From the NCBI GenBank assembly GCA_964588435.1, contig CAZPPI010000002.1, positions 3,542-67,541 of the forward strand: a stretch of 64,000 nucleotides of DNA, in the 5' to 3' direction. This document shows positions 31,804 to 40,946 of the stretch, piece by piece. Each line of letters begins with the position of its first letter. Positions within the stretch are counted from its first letter, which is position 1. Source of the DNA: an uncultured Gammaproteobacteria bacterium (lineage in GTDB: Bacteria; Patescibacteriota; Patescibacteriia; Patescibacteriales; UBA12465). The translations under genes and the position numbers were made by a program. The notes under the pieces are model-generated. The model was not told the origin of the DNA, ran no database searches, and worked only from the letters and a program-made list of their open reading frames with translations.

Positions 31804-32949
31804 TTATTTTTTCGGACAAGCGGGAACACTAATATGAAGGTGGTCGCCTTCATTAAGAATAAAGCCGGGGCCACTTGTATACACACCACAAGCATTAGCT
31901 GCCTTAACTAAAAGAGTTGTATTTTCTTCATCGCCTAAATCTACGGCATAAGATTTATTAGTTCCAGTGCCGCCGCCATAATGACATGATCCGCAAGAAT
32001 GAACGCAGCCTTTACCGTTACAAGATGTTTCGCAAGCGGTTAAATTACCAATATATTTACTATCACTAATTGATGATATGCGACCGATTCCATTTGGTAA
32101 ATTACTTCTCATGCAGTTAAGGAAATTTGCTAATTCTGGGCTAGCATCATTAATTTGATTGATAATTCCTGGGTCCCATTTCCAACCATCAGTATTAATG
32201 TTAGAAGAATAAGAACCTGAAGGAGTGTTTGGTGCCTGCCCAGTAGTTATTGACTTTAATTTTGTTAACTCTGGATTAACTTCATAAAGAATCATATAAG
32301 CAGAGAATAATATAACTAAACCGGTAATACTTCCGCCGATTAAACCTTTGGCTTTTGAAACTTTTCCCGAGTCGCCACCTGAAGTAAGCCAGAGTAAACC
32401 GCCTGCCATTAACATTAAGGCAGCAAGAATTCCTCCTACAGTTAAACCGTAATTATAAATTGAGGCTACATATTTAGCAATCCAATTGATAGAGCAGGAA
32501 TAATTTCCGCCTTCTACATTAACACAACTAACATCAGCCTCATCAAAAACTAAACCAGGTATTTGTATTTGTAGCTCAGGCGCATTAAATTTTGGTGCGT
32601 TGCTAACGGGTGTAGGCGTATTTAGAACTATTATACTATCTTCTGGGGCACAGCAACAAACGGGAGCGCTGTATAGACCACAACTAGCCTTACTAATATC
32701 ACAATCAGGTGGCCCGTCAATTGAAAAAGTTGTTCCAACTCTGCCGCCTACATATAAACTAGCACAATATTCAGCGCTAGTTTTAGAACTGTCATTACAA
32801 CTAAAAGCACAATTAGCAGCTTGAGCATTATTTGGCCAAACAAGAATTAAACTATAAACAAAAAAAATTCCTAAAACAAATAAAGATAAATATTTTTTTT
32901 GAATAATTTTAAATTTTTTATTTCTTGATTTTCCTGAAAGAAATGTCAT
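31804..32949 (-). CDS. VirB2/TrbC-like pilin-domain protein with Cys-rich N-domain and C-terminal Zn-peptidase-like (M15/LAS-like) domain
   Basis: Signal peptide (AQA|A), pilin core GGILAALMLMAGGLLWLTSGGD...YEVNP, C-terminal SCHYGG...AVDLG...DHLHIS; 18 Cys by manual count. Confidence 0.7.
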   Translation of the reverse strand: MTFLSGKSRNKKFKIIQKKYLSLFVLGIFFVYSLILVWPNNAQAANCAFSCNDSSKTSAEYCASLYVGGRVGTTFSIDGPPDCDISKASCGLYSAPVCCCAPEDSIIVLNTPTPVSNAPKFNAPELQIQIPGLVFDEADVSCVNVEGGNYSCSINWIAKYVASIYNYGLTVGGILAALMLMAGGLLWLTSGGDSGKVSKAKGLIGGSITGLVILFSAYMILYEVNPELTKLKSITTGQAPNTPSGSYSSNINTDGWKWDPGIINQINDASPELANFLNCMRSNLPNGIGRISSISDSKYIGNLTACETSCNGKGCVHSCGSCHYGGGTGTNKSYAVDLGDEENTTLLVKAANACGVYTSGPGFILNEGDHLHISVPACPKK

Positions 32950-32963
32950 ATTTTTAGAAATTT

Positions 32964-33860
32964 TTATATTTTAGTCATTCTATATTTCTCAATATTTTTT
33001 TGTGCTAAATTTTGGATATCTTTTAAGTCAGATTTTTTTAGATGTTTAAATCTGCCTTGTTGCATTAAATACTCTTCAACTGACTTCGCCTGGAAGCCCT
33101 GACTAACACTCGAAGTACTTAATTTTCCCTCAACAAATTCAACTAAAGGGTATAAGCCAGTTTGAACTGCTAATTTACCAAACATCACCGCTTCGTCATT
33201 TTTTATTTTCCAACCAGGAATACAGGGACTTAAAATTTGGATATAACTTGGACCAGTAGTTGCTAAGGCTTTTTTAACTTTGTTAGTTATATCATCAGGA
33301 AAACCAGTTGTTGATTGGGCAACATATTTTAAGCCGTGAGCTAAAGCAATAGCTAGCATATCTTTTTTGACTTGACTTGAGCCGATAGATTCTTTACCAC
33401 TCGGACTGGTTGTCGTATCGGCTCCATAAGGAGTTGCGGCGGAAGCTTGAACGCCTGTATTAGAATAAGCTTCAGTGTCATAACAAATATATAAAATATT
33501 TTCTCCTCTTTCCCACATGCCGCTTATTTGTCCAAAACCAATATCATAAGTTCCGCCATCACCCGCTTGAACCACGACTTTTGTTTTTTTATCACCCTTA
33601 TTTTTCAGGGCGGCATTAATACCGCTAGCAACACTAGAAGCATTTTCAAATAAGGAATGAATCCAAGGTAAGCCCCAAGAACTTTGTGGATAGGCTGTTG
33701 TTGTTACCTCTAAGCAACCGGTTGCATTAGCGATAATTGTATCTTCGTTTAGACCTCGCATAACTGCTTGAGCGGCTGAAAGTTGACCACAACCAGCACA
33801 GGCATTATGGCCAGGGGAAAGAAATTTTTTCGGTTTTTTGGATGTATTGCTGTTTTTCAT
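32964..33860 (-). CDS. porB: pyruvate:ferredoxin oxidoreductase beta subunit (TPP-binding)
   Basis: CAGCG, NATGC, GDGGTYDIG, YSNTG, SPCIPGW. Confidence 0.93.
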   Translation of the reverse strand: MKNSNTSKKPKKFLSPGHNACAGCGQLSAAQAVMRGLNEDTIIANATGCLEVTTTAYPQSSWGLPWIHSLFENASSVASGINAALKNKGDKKTKVVVQAGDGGTYDIGFGQISGMWERGENILYICYDTEAYSNTGVQASAATPYGADTTTSPSGKESIGSSQVKKDMLAIALAHGLKYVAQSTTGFPDDITNKVKKALATTGPSYIQILSPCIPGWKIKNDEAVMFGKLAVQTGLYPLVEFVEGKLSTSSVSQGFQAKSVEEYLMQQGRFKHLKKSDLKDIQNLAQKNIEKYRMTKI

Positions 33861-33865
33861 AGAAA

Positions 33866-34804
33866 TTATTTTAGACTTTTTAACTTACAATATCCATTTG
33901 TTTTGTTAATATCATTTTTATCATTTCTTTCGCAATAAAATAATGAACCAGATTCAGCTTTTCCTTCCTGAGTAATAGTACATAAAGTTTTATCATCTCC
34001 TGGACGACATTCATCAGCGGTTATTTTTCTTCCTAAGATGGAACTATCAAAACAGTGTGATATTGCCCCTACTGTATTACCCCCAGTGACACAAGTGCAA
34101 CAAACATCAGAGGGATCATAACAATAATGAGTAGCGCCTTGTTGTCCAGCTGTAAACATTGTTCTGCATTCTCCATTTGAAGGACAAGAAGTTGCTTGAT
34201 AATCAGCTTCACAACTTGTAAAAATTTGTCCAGCTTTTTCTCCTGTTGTATATCTAGTGTAGCCCTTTTCTTCTTTAACTTCAAAAGTTATAGCTCCTTG
34301 TTCTTTATGACAACATTGAACGTCATAAGTTAAAATATTCTGTACCACTATCATTTTAACCCCCTTCATTTGTACTAAATCAGGATTAATTGTATTTAAA
34401 ATAAAATAAGCTCCCATTAAAATAACTACGCCCGTTATGCTGCCGGCAATAATACCTTTAGCTTTTGAAACTTTACCAGAATCACCACCGGAAGTAAGCC
34501 AAATTATGCCTCCAGCCATTAACATTAAAGCTGCTAAAATTCCACCAATCATTATTCCATAATCATAAATTGCTTTAATGTATCTAGCTAATAAGTCGCT
34601 TACAATAAAACCATCCTGATCGGAAGAGCCAACTGCAGTTTGTCCAGAAATTGAAGAAAAGGGAATTTCTATTTGTGGAGTAAAATAAATAGTTTTAATT
34701 TCTTCGCTTTGAGCTAAAATTGGTTTAGTCGCAAAAGCTGCGGCTAAAAAGAAGAGGGCGAAAACTACGATAAATATTTTTATTGTTTTGAAACTTTTAA
34801 CCAT
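33866..34804 (-). CDS. VirB2/TrbC-like pilin-domain protein with Cys-rich C-terminal domain
   Basis: Signal peptide, pilin core GGILAALMLMAGGIIWLTSGGD...TINP; 14 Cys in the C-terminal half. Confidence 0.7.
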   Translation of the reverse strand: MVKSFKTIKIFIVVFALFFLAAAFATKPILAQSEEIKTIYFTPQIEIPFSSISGQTAVGSSDQDGFIVSDLLARYIKAIYDYGIMIGGILAALMLMAGGIIWLTSGGDSGKVSKAKGIIAGSITGVVILMGAYFILNTINPDLVQMKGVKMIVVQNILTYDVQCCHKEQGAITFEVKEEKGYTRYTTGEKAGQIFTSCEADYQATSCPSNGECRTMFTAGQQGATHYCYDPSDVCCTCVTGGNTVGAISHCFDSSILGRKITADECRPGDDKTLCTITQEGKAESGSLFYCERNDKNDINKTNGYCKLKSLK

Positions 34805-35990
34805 AAAATTTTAAGCTATCATTTTTTTTAGGGCTATCTATAATAATTTTTTTAATTATTACTTCGCTAACATCACGACCACCTAGACCGACAATATAAT
34901 TTTTAATCAGAGCGTTCCTATTTTTTTGCTTACTTAAAGTTTCAACGATATCATTATAAAGCGGGCCGGCTTGACCTAGACTAATAGCTTTCTCTAAAAC
35001 AGCGACATGAGTATTTGGTTTTATTAGTTTTAAGACTTCCTGAGCCGGGAAGGGACGATAGGTTTTTATTTTTAATAAACCAACTGAACTTTTAAGTTTT
35101 TTATCACTTATTATTGTTTCTAAAATTGTACCATTAAGTGAACCAAGGGCAACTAAAATTACTTTTGGATTTTTTGGTCCTAAATATTCAACTAAACCAT
35201 TATCTTTATTATTAAAACCTAAAATTTTAATCATCAAAGCATATTCTTTTTTTATTGAGTCTAATGATTTGATTAAATCTTGATGCAAACTTTCTCTGGT
35301 TTCCATGTAATAAGCAGGAGGGAAAAAAGCGCCAAAAGTTTTAGGATTTTTTGGATCAAGGTAAGTTCCTTTTGCCGGCTTATAATCGGGTAGGAATTTT
35401 TTAACTTTAGCTCTGGTTGGAATAATTACCGGTTCATAAGAATGGGTTAAAATAAAGCCGTCCATATTTACCATTACTGGTAGCCCGTGTTTTTCGGCTA
35501 TTTTATAAGCAAGCAGATGTTGATTAATTGCTTCTTGAGAATCAGAGGCAAAAAATTGGATAAAACCGGAATCTTTAATATTCATCACATCACTATGATC
35601 ATTCCAAATTGAAATTGGTGCCGAAATAGCGCGATTAGCACAGGTCATAACAACCGGCAATCTCATGCCGGCGATATTATGGATAACTTCGGCCATTAAT
35701 AGCAAGCCTTGTGAACTAGTAGCACTATAAACCCTAGCGCCCGCGGCACTTGCCCCTAAAACGATTGAAGCGGCTGCAAATTCGCTTTCAGCTCGTAAGT
35801 ATTCATAATCCGCTTCTCCCTCAGCTTTTATTTTAGCAAGATCTTCAACGATATGGGTCTGGGGAGTTATTGGATAAGCAGAAATAACATTTGGTTTAAT
35901 GTTTTTTATCGTTAAAGCGACCGCCCTTGAACCCTCAAGAATTTCTCTTTTTCCTTCATTAGTTTTATTTATAATTTTATTTTTTGTCAT
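34797..35990 (-). CDS. porA: pyruvate:ferredoxin oxidoreductase alpha subunit
   Basis: AYPITPQT, ESEF, ATSSQGL, NRAISAP, RPFP, GLGGRD. Confidence 0.94.
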   Translation of the reverse strand: MTKNKIINKTNEGKREILEGSRAVALTIKNIKPNVISAYPITPQTHIVEDLAKIKAEGEADYEYLRAESEFAAASIVLGASAAGARVYSATSSQGLLLMAEVIHNIAGMRLPVVMTCANRAISAPISIWNDHSDVMNIKDSGFIQFFASDSQEAINQHLLAYKIAEKHGLPVMVNMDGFILTHSYEPVIIPTRAKVKKFLPDYKPAKGTYLDPKNPKTFGAFFPPAYYMETRESLHQDLIKSLDSIKKEYALMIKILGFNNKDNGLVEYLGPKNPKVILVALGSLNGTILETIISDKKLKSSVGLLKIKTYRPFPAQEVLKLIKPNTHVAVLEKAISLGQAGPLYNDIVETLSKQKNRNALIKNYIVGLGGRDVSEVIIKKIIIDSPKKNDSLKFYG

Positions 35991-36004
35991 AAATTTTCCA
36001 GTGA

Positions 36005-36274
36005 TTAAAAATCTTCTTCCATCCTAATAGCTTTAACTGGGCATTCTTTAGCACAAAGACCACAACCTTTACAATAATTATAATCGGGTATTGGTTTTAG
36101 TTTGTCATAGCCCTTAACTTTTTTCATCTCAATACAATTTTCAGGACAAATTTTGGCACAAAGACCACAGCTAATGCAGATATCTTTATCGATAATTGGT
36201 TTATGATTTCGCCAAGGGCCAGTTTTATTTTTAAGAGAACTATTTGGTTCAGCGATTAATTTTTTTATACTCAT
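36005..36274 (-). CDS. porD: POR delta subunit, 2x[4Fe-4S] ferredoxin
   Basis: TGPWR, CISCGLCAKICP and CKGCGLCAKECP. Confidence 0.93.
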   Translation of the reverse strand: MSIKKLIAEPNSSLKNKTGPWRNHKPIIDKDICISCGLCAKICPENCIEMKKVKGYDKLKPIPDYNYCKGCGLCAKECPVKAIRMEEDF

Positions 36275-36282
36275 ATAATTAA

Positions 36283-36831
36283 TTATTTATTTGAAAAAGC
36301 TTTTTCAATCGCTTTAATATTTTTTTCAACAATTTCTTTGCCCTTATCTTTAAATTTTATTTCAATTGCTTTTTTTAAAGATTCAAGAGAAACGAGTTTG
36401 GTAAATTTAGCAAAAGCACCTAAAATAACGGTGTTAACGATGTTTTTGCCAATTATTTCTAAAGCAATTTCAGTTGCTGGAGAAAAGTATAAATTTTTTT
36501 TGTTTTTTAATTCTTCCCAGCGATTTTTTTTAGCGTTAATAATAATTTTTGTTTCATCATTAATACCAGTTAAAATATTATTAGAATCTAATAAACTTGA
36601 ATCTTGAATAATTAAAACACTTGGTTCATAAATCTGTTCCCTCGTAGTTATTTTTTTTCTACTAATTCTGGCGTAGGCTTGGATTGGTGCTCCGGTCCTT
36701 TCTACTCCAAAATTTGGAAAAGCTTGAGCTTCAAGTCCATCGTAGAAAGCGGCTATAGCAATTAATTCAGCGGCCGTTACCACACCTTGTCCGCCTCGAC
36801 CGTGTATTCTTATTTGTTCTAAATTGTTCAT
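36283..36831 (-). CDS. porC: POR gamma subunit
   Basis: HGRGGQG, FGVERTGAP, NTVILGA. Confidence 0.93.
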   Translation of the reverse strand: MNNLEQIRIHGRGGQGVVTAAELIAIAAFYDGLEAQAFPNFGVERTGAPIQAYARISRKKITTREQIYEPSVLIIQDSSLLDSNNILTGINDETKIIINAKKNRWEELKNKKNLYFSPATEIALEIIGKNIVNTVILGAFAKFTKLVSLESLKKAIEIKFKDKGKEIVEKNIKAIEKAFSNK

Positions 36832-36834
36832 ATT

Positions 36835-37605
36835 TTAATTAAGGGTTTTTAAGCCAAGAATTAGTTCAATTAAATTTTCTTTACTTAATCCTCCGATTAT
36901 TTCTAAACCATTAATAAACCAAGTTGGTGTGCCCTTGATTCCTAATTTTTCGCCATCTTCATAATCTTTTTTTATTTGACTAAGATATTTTTTGTCTTCA
37001 ACACATTTATTAAATTTTTCTATATCCATTTCTAGAATTTCTGCCATTTGTCCTAGAGCATATTTTTTTTCTTCTTCATCAATTACAATTGCTAAATCTT
37101 CTTGTAAATCAAAAATAAGGTCATGCATTTCCCAAAATTTTCCTTGTTCACCAGCGCAACGGGCACCAAGGGATAAAACAATTGAATCTTGTCCTGGATA
37201 ATCACGATAAACAAAACGAACATCATTTTTAAATTCCTCGGCGACAGCTTTAATTATTTTAGAAATTTGAGCACTATAAACACAAGAAAAGTTACTAAAG
37301 TTTGTGATAATAAGTGGTTCCTTATCTAATTCTGTTTTTTCTGCTCCTAAATAATAGTTATCATTATTTCCCGCAATTAATTTAATTCTTTCCTCGGCTG
37401 CCATAATCAGGGAATTCTCTAATTCTTCTTTTTGTATTTTTTTTACTTCATCAAAAATATAAAAAGTTGCTAGGAAGACAAGAATAAACAATAAAATTGC
37501 TATTATTATAATTAAAATTCCCCACCATTTTTTGTGCCAAGGTAATAATTCTTTCTGGTGGCGAGCTTTCATTTTTGCATACTCAATTCTATCAGAAATA
37601 CTCAT
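36835..37605 (-). CDS. membrane-anchored DsbA/BdbD-family thioredoxin-fold protein (CxxS variant)
   Basis: N-terminal TM, FSNFSCVYS, FVYRDYP, CAGEQGKFWEMHD, GTPTWFING. Confidence 0.85.
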   Translation of the reverse strand: MSISDRIEYAKMKARHQKELLPWHKKWWGILIIIIAILLFILVFLATFYIFDEVKKIQKEELENSLIMAAEERIKLIAGNNDNYYLGAEKTELDKEPLIITNFSNFSCVYSAQISKIIKAVAEEFKNDVRFVYRDYPGQDSIVLSLGARCAGEQGKFWEMHDLIFDLQEDLAIVIDEEEKKYALGQMAEILEMDIEKFNKCVEDKKYLSQIKKDYEDGEKLGIKGTPTWFINGLEIIGGLSKENLIELILGLKTLN

Positions 37606-37617
37606 AAACTTTTTAAA

Positions 37618-37646
37618 TTGAAAATATAGCTAAATTAAGTTATAAT
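37618..37646 (+). promoter_or_regulatory. sigma70-type promoter of xth-leuS-rsmA
   Basis: TTGAAA-N17-TATAAT. Confidence 0.65.
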
Positions 37647-37693
37647 TTAAACAAATACAGGGTATTTTGTTTAAATTTATTATAACATACTTT

Positions 37694-38470
37694 ATGAAAA
37701 TAATCTCTTGGAATGTTAATGGTTTGCGAGCGGTTTTAAAAAAAGGATTTTTAAATTTTCTAGATCAAGAAAAGCCGGATATTTTATGTCTTCAGGAGAT
37801 AAAAATTTCTAGTGGAGCAATTATTAAAGAGAAATTTGATTTTAAAGATTATTTAGAATTTTATTATCCCGCTATTAGGCCTGGTTATAGTGGCACGGCA
37901 ATTTTTATCAAAGAAAGTTTAATAAAAAAGGGGAAAAGTTTTAAGGTTAAAAATGGTTTTAGTGTTGGCGACTTTGACGATGAGGGGCGAACTCAAGTTT
38001 TAGAGACGGAAAATTTTTATTTAATTAATTCTTATTTTCCTAACTCTCGAGCGGATTTGAGTCGACTCGATTTTAAAATTAAATTTAATGAAGAAATTTT
38101 AAGTCTAGCAAAAAGATTAGAAAAGAAAAAACCAGTAATAATGACTGGTGATTTTAATGTTGCTCACGAAGAAATTGATTTAGCTCGTCCTCAAGCTAAC
38201 GAAGGGGAATCGGGTTTTACTAGGGAAGAGCGGACCTCAATGACAAAAATTTTAGCCGCTGGTTTTATTGATAGTTTTCGTGTTTTAAATCCCGATAAAG
38301 CTCAATATTCTTGGTGGAGTTTTAGAGCGGGGGCAAGACAAAGGAATGTTGGTTGGCGGATTGACTATTTCTGTGTATCCGCTAAACTTAAAAAATCAAT
38401 AAAAAAGGCTTATATTTTAGATAAAGTCATTGGTTCAGACCATGCTCCGATTGTTTTGGAAATCCTTTAA
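37694..38470 (+). CDS. xth: exodeoxyribonuclease III
   Basis: SWNVNGLR, CLQEIK, GDFNVAH, GWRIDY, SDHAP. Confidence 0.96.
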   Translation: MKIISWNVNGLRAVLKKGFLNFLDQEKPDILCLQEIKISSGAIIKEKFDFKDYLEFYYPAIRPGYSGTAIFIKESLIKKGKSFKVKNGFSVGDFDDEGRTQVLETENFYLINSYFPNSRADLSRLDFKIKFNEEILSLAKRLEKKKPVIMTGDFNVAHEEIDLARPQANEGESGFTREERTSMTKILAAGFIDSFRVLNPDKAQYSWWSFRAGARQRNVGWRIDYFCVSAKLKKSIKKAYILDKVIGSDHAPIVLEIL

Positions 38471-38485
38471 AATAACTTTAAACAT

Positions 38486-40933
38486 ATGTACGATCATCAA
38501 GCTTTGGAGAAAAAATGGCAGAAAATTTGGGCTGACTCAAATCTTTATCAGACGGTTGAGGACTTCTCTAAACAAAAATATTATATTTTAGATATGTTTC
38601 CTTATCCTTCCGGGGTTGGTCTTCATGTTGGTCACCCTAAAGGTTATATTGCGACTGACATTTTTGCTCGCTATAAAAGATTTAAAGGCTTTAATGTTTT
38701 ACACCCAATGGGCTGGGACGCTTTTGGTTTACCGGCAGAAAATTATGCTATAAAAAATAAAGTTCATCCAAGAAAAGCAACTGATGAAAATATTGTAAAT
38801 TTTAAAAAACAACTTTCAATTCTTGGCTTTTCTTATGATTGGGAACGGGAAGTTAATACAACTGATCCAGCTTATTATAAATGGACTCAATGGATTTTTT
38901 TACAAATGTGGAAAAAGGGGTTAGCTTATGAATCATTTGAACCAATTAATTGGTGTCCCTCTTGCCAGACTGGTTTAGCTAATGAAGATTTAGAAAATGG
39001 ATTATGTGAAAGATGTGGTAGTGAGGTTGAACAAAAACCGATGCGTCAATGGGTTTTAAAAATTACTGATTACGCTGATCGTTTACTTGATGATTTAGAA
39101 AAATTGCCAAATTGGGAGAATGCAATTAAAGACATGCAGAGAAATTGGATTGGTAGAAGTCAAGGGGCGGAGATAATTTTTAAAATTAAAGACAGCAAAG
39201 CGGAAATAAAAGTTTTTACAACTCGAGTTGATACAATTTTTGGTTGCACCTACGTTGTTTTAGCTCCGGAAAATAAATTGTTAAATGAGTTAAAGGGAAA
39301 AATAAGAAACTTTCCTCTTGTTCAAGAATATCTTGAACTCGCTAAGCACAAAACAGAACTGCAAAGAACCGATTTAAATAAAGATAAAACGGGAGTTGTT
39401 TTAGAGGGACTTTATGCAATTAATCCTTTTAATGGTGAGGAGCTTAAGATTTTTGTTGCTGACTATGTTCTTAACTCTTATGGAACGGGAGCGGTTATGG
39501 CGGTTCCAGCTCATGACGAAAGAGATTTTGAGTTTGCGGAAAAATATGGTTTGAAAATTAAAACTTCAATTGGGCAAAAACAAGGTAATCGTATTTTGGT
39601 TGGAGAAAAAAGTTGTTTTACTGCTGATGGTTATTTGGTTAATTCCGGAAAATTTAATGGCTTAAGTTCAGGGGAGGCACGTTTAGAGTTGACCGCTTGG
39701 TTAGAAAAAAATAATTTAGGTTCGGTAAAAACTAATTATAAAATTAAAGATTGGGTTTTTTCTAGGCAAAGATATTGGGGCGAGCCGATACCCCTTATTC
39801 ATTGTCCTAAGTGTGGTATTGTGGCTGTGCCGGAAGAGTCATTACCATTAAAACTACCCGAAGTTGAGAGTTATGAGCCAAGTGGAACTGGTGAGTCACC
39901 TTTAGCTGGAATTGATGATTGGGTTAATACGAGTTGTCCAAAATGTGGTGGAGCGGCTAAAAGAGAAACAAATACTATGCCGCAATGGGGTGGTTCTTGT
40001 TGGTATTATTTACGTTATATTGATCCGAAGAACGATTTAGTTCTAGTTGATAAAGAAAAAGAAAAATATTGGTCGCCGGTTGATTTTTATGTTGGTGGAG
40101 CCGAACATGCGACGCGTCACTTAATTTATGCTCGTTTTTGGCATAAGTTTTTATTCGATATCGGCGTGGTAAATTATGATGAGCCGTTTACGAGATTACA
40201 ACAAGTTGGTTTAATTATAGGAGAAGACGGAAGAAAGATGTCAAAGCGTTGGGGTAATGTTGTTAATCCTAGTGAAATTGCCTTGAAATATGGAGCTGAT
40301 TCTTTGCGGGTTTATGAGATGTTCATGGGGCCATTTTCTCAAACGGTTGTTTGGAATTCTAATGGTCTAATTGGTGCTAGAAAATTTTTAGAAAAAGTGG
40401 AAAATTTATTAAGTAATTTTTCGTCAGAGTTAGAACCAGAGATTGAAGAAGAAAAAATTGTTTCTTTGCTTCATAAAACAATTAAAAAAGTTCAAAGCGA
40501 TATCGAAAGTTTTTCGTTTAATACCGCGGTTTCTGCTTTGATGATTTTTATTAATGAGTGTACTTCTTATAAACAGGCTAATGGGAAACTTCCATTAAAA
40601 AGAGATAATTTAAAACTTTTTATTATAATTTTATCGCCCTTTGCTCCCCATTTATCAGAAGAAATTTGGCAAATATTAGGAGAAAAAGATAGTGTTTTTC
40701 AATCATCTTGGCCAAAATTTTCTGAAGAGTTGGCTCAAGATAAATTAATTAATTTAATTGTTCAGGTTAATGGTAAATTAAGGGCAACGTTAGAAGTTGA
40801 AGCTGAAATTTCCGAAGAAGAAGCTTTTAAATTAGTTTTAGAAAATGAAAAAGTTAAAACCCATATTGCTGGCAAGAAACTATTGAAAAAGATTTTTGTT
40901 AAGGGTAAATTGATTAATTTAGTTGTTGAATAA
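38486..40933 (+). CDS. leuS: leucine--tRNA ligase
   Basis: MFPYPSG, HVGH, editing domain GTGAVMAVPAHD, KMSKR. Confidence 0.98.
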   Translation: MYDHQALEKKWQKIWADSNLYQTVEDFSKQKYYILDMFPYPSGVGLHVGHPKGYIATDIFARYKRFKGFNVLHPMGWDAFGLPAENYAIKNKVHPRKATDENIVNFKKQLSILGFSYDWEREVNTTDPAYYKWTQWIFLQMWKKGLAYESFEPINWCPSCQTGLANEDLENGLCERCGSEVEQKPMRQWVLKITDYADRLLDDLEKLPNWENAIKDMQRNWIGRSQGAEIIFKIKDSKAEIKVFTTRVDTIFGCTYVVLAPENKLLNELKGKIRNFPLVQEYLELAKHKTELQRTDLNKDKTGVVLEGLYAINPFNGEELKIFVADYVLNSYGTGAVMAVPAHDERDFEFAEKYGLKIKTSIGQKQGNRILVGEKSCFTADGYLVNSGKFNGLSSGEARLELTAWLEKNNLGSVKTNYKIKDWVFSRQRYWGEPIPLIHCPKCGIVAVPEESLPLKLPEVESYEPSGTGESPLAGIDDWVNTSCPKCGGAAKRETNTMPQWGGSCWYYLRYIDPKNDLVLVDKEKEKYWSPVDFYVGGAEHATRHLIYARFWHKFLFDIGVVNYDEPFTRLQQVGLIIGEDGRKMSKRWGNVVNPSEIALKYGADSLRVYEMFMGPFSQTVVWNSNGLIGARKFLEKVENLLSNFSSELEPEIEEEKIVSLLHKTIKKVQSDIESFSFNTAVSALMIFINECTSYKQANGKLPLKRDNLKLFIIILSPFAPHLSEEIWQILGEKDSVFQSSWPKFSEELAQDKLINLIVQVNGKLRATLEVEAEISEEEAFKLVLENEKVKTHIAGKKLLKKIFVKGKLINLVVE

Positions 40934-40946
40934 AAAAAATTAAAAA

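Noticed and set aside
32351-34546. DGR template/variable repeat pair
   Set aside because: Differences are mostly synonymous third-position changes and not adenine-specific. Both copies are coding and no reverse transcriptase is present.
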